64,000 nucleotides of DNA, from NCBI RefSeq assembly GCF_009914755.1, contig NC_060929.1, one strand, 5' to 3'. Source of the stretch: the human T2T-CHM13v2.0 reference genome, Homo sapiens. Under the pieces are notes generated by a model. It did no database searches. It had not been told where the DNA came from and saw only the letters and a program-made list of their open reading frames with translations. The translations under genes were made by a program, and so were the position numbers. Of the stretch, positions 61,591-64,000 are shown piece after piece. How positions within the stretch are numbered: position 1 is the stretch's first letter; every line of letters begins with the position of its first letter.

Positions 61591-62299
61591 AAATAATTTT
61601 TGTGGTTACTGGGATCTGTATAGGATTTAGAATTTCTGTGGTGTTTGAAATCTTACTCTTCTTAAGAAATGATAAGGGAAATTCATTATTTGTTTTTAAC
61701 CTAATATTTATTTTAAGTAGTAACTGTTTCACCTAAAGAATATTTATTTGATTATGATTCAACACTCAAAATAAATTAAGGAGTTGAGAGAAGACAGAAA
61801 ATTTAAATTTATGACTTTGGGTGAAACCTAAAAGCTGTGCTATTCTCCTCTGTCCTGAAAATACAATAGAATTTTAGACCTAGAATGGACCTTCAAATGC
61901 AGAAATTGGCCTGTTAACCCACCCTACCTAAGTTTTAGATATTTGCATTGGGTTTGTTTGGATTAGAATGGTCTATCATTATTGTAATAAAATAAAATTA
62001 AAATATAAAACTTTTTCCTTAAATATATGGTGGCCTGATATAGCAATCAACTCAATTTTCGTTAAGATAAAAATTGCTCAGGAAAACAATTATTATTGTT
62101 AGAATAATAATTACTTATAATTATTAACAACAAAGTATTTTTTACAAGTTATGGGAAATTGTCACATAGTACACATTTAATAGTATTTTATGTGTAACAT
62201 GAGAAATTTTTTGTACATATCTACAAATACAAAAAAGCCTTCTGTAAGAGAAGATGTGTTCCTGTCATTAGATTTAGAACTTGAAATGGATTTTTAATC

Positions 62300-62480
62300 C
62301 TATAAATCAGTACTTTATACATTCTTCACTGTAGCATATTATAATTAATTGTTTAATATATTTTTGATCAACTAGATTGTGAGATTTTCAAGGACAGGAG
62401 TGTTGTTTATCTTTTCATCTCAGAGGCTAGCACAATGCCTGACATTTAGAAAATATTGGTTGAAGTAAGGAATATATGAA
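62300..62480. mobile_element. L2 3' end
   Basis: actagattgtgag...aggacagg...ctagcacaatgcctgaca...aaatattggttgaa. Confidence 0.65.
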
Positions 62481-64000
62481 AAACAGGATTTTACAATTGA
62501 GTTGACTATTAGTTAAATTTTTATAATTGCTACCTCTAATAGCTCTTCTATATCATAGACTAAGTAGTCTTTATAGAATGGTCTGAAAATATCTGTTATT
62601 TATAACATTTCTGAAAAATCTGTCCTGAGTTTAAGTTTAAAAATAAGCTTTTTTTAAAAGAAAAAAAGACCATTTCTTAAGTTGCAAATCTCCTGTATGT
62701 GGAAAACTACACATAAGCAACCATGGTTCCTGCCTTCTGAACACTTAATATTCTTACAGATGAGTTTTTTTTAATTGTTCCTTTTAGTCACTTCCAAATT
62801 ACATTGTTACAGAAAAGTGTTCAGTGATAAAAATAGGAAATATTGAACATCCTTTTTCTCTTACAATATGACAAATTGGCCTATTTTTATAGAAGGCAAT
62901 AAAAGAATATACTTTAGCCATTTAAAACATTAAGATTTAAGTTTTTATCATCTGTAGAAGCCCAATAACATTTTGAAGGGAATTTTGGAAGTTATGTATA
63001 TTTTAAGGGAAATAACGATCAGACTGTTGAATTCAGCTAAATATTTTCTGTGCATATTTATAGCCTGTTCAGTTTTCATGGTTGTCTTTTCGGGCTGCAT
63101 GTGAATTTATGTATGACAACTTTCCTAATTCCAGACAACTTTTAGAATTTCTTGGTTTAACATTTTAATTTCTGTTTATGCTTTCTGATTTTTGAAATCT
63201 GATTCTTTTTCTTGGTTGGTTATTGATTGTGAGATTGAGGGTAATAATTTCCTATTGATAATGGGGTCACATTTCAGAATAAAGGATGTCTAGAGCTGAA
63301 GACTTTATTTCAGCTTTCACTTACTTAAATTATCAAGAAAGAAGTATGATTGCTTATTTGCCCTGTTGTTTCTCAATAGCCAGATATAAGAGATTTAAAT
63401 TGACTAACATTCATAAACCTTTAATAATAATAATTTAATGAAGCGTAGGTTAATAGAAAACTCAACTAACTAGTCTTCCAGTAGTTGGGTTGTGAGTGTA
63501 CGTGTGCTTAGAAGTTGACCAGCATTTGTTAGTGAGACTTTTAGCCATTAGGTTTGAAACGCCATTCATTTAACCACAACTTTCTCTTCCCAATCATTCC
63601 AGTAGGGTGGGATATAACTAAGTTAATGGTGTTAGTGTAAATTTGTAAACATTTAAATTTATAAACATCCAAAACTACTTGAAAATAAACAATTGAAGTT
63701 ACCTCATAATGGAAAGTGAGCCAACTACTGACCAGCTATAGTTGTCAGAAATTAAAATTTCATTTCTGAGCCAAAAATAAGGTTTAAATCTTTTTCTAAG
63801 TGATAGCATTTCTAAAAAGTTTATAATGTTGTCCTTTGATTTAGAATGGATTTTATTCTGTGTAAATTGTATATGAAACTTGCTATAGCTTTTTTCACAC
63901 TCAACTCTAAGAGAAAAAAGGCAAATACCCTTGACAAGAGGATTTTTGGTAAATTTATTCAACAGAACCTCAGTTCTTTATTATAAGGAACTATTCTTAA

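Overview
AT-rich, repeat-dense primate (almost certainly human) non-coding DNA, intronic or intergenic; no canonical protein-coding exon was recognised. Main features: (1) a processed COQ10B pseudogene on the minus strand (~5382-7417), inserted into a MaLR LTR directly behind its TATA box; (2) a young 5'-truncated L1HS of the ACG/A (pre-Ta-like) type (43051-47176) with an uninterrupted 1275-aa ORF2 whose first RT catalytic aspartate is mutated (D600V), nested in a near full-length Tigger1; (3) a consensus-like AluYa5; (4) many older Alu, L1PA/L1M, L2, MIR, MaLR/ERVL LTR and DNA-transposon relics. Beyond ordinary transposition, the window holds several local copy events without retrotransposition hallmarks: a 435-bp ~98.5%-identical dispersed duplication, an L1 piece copied into the centre of a 24-bp inverted repeat, an ~80-bp Tigger1 piece copied 2.2 kb away, and a micro-inversion coupled to a hairpin minisatellite. 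I found no convincing novel gene system; the unusual signals are mutational and repair footprints. Repeat subfamily calls come from remembered consensus sequences, not a database search, and boundaries of old elements are approximate.
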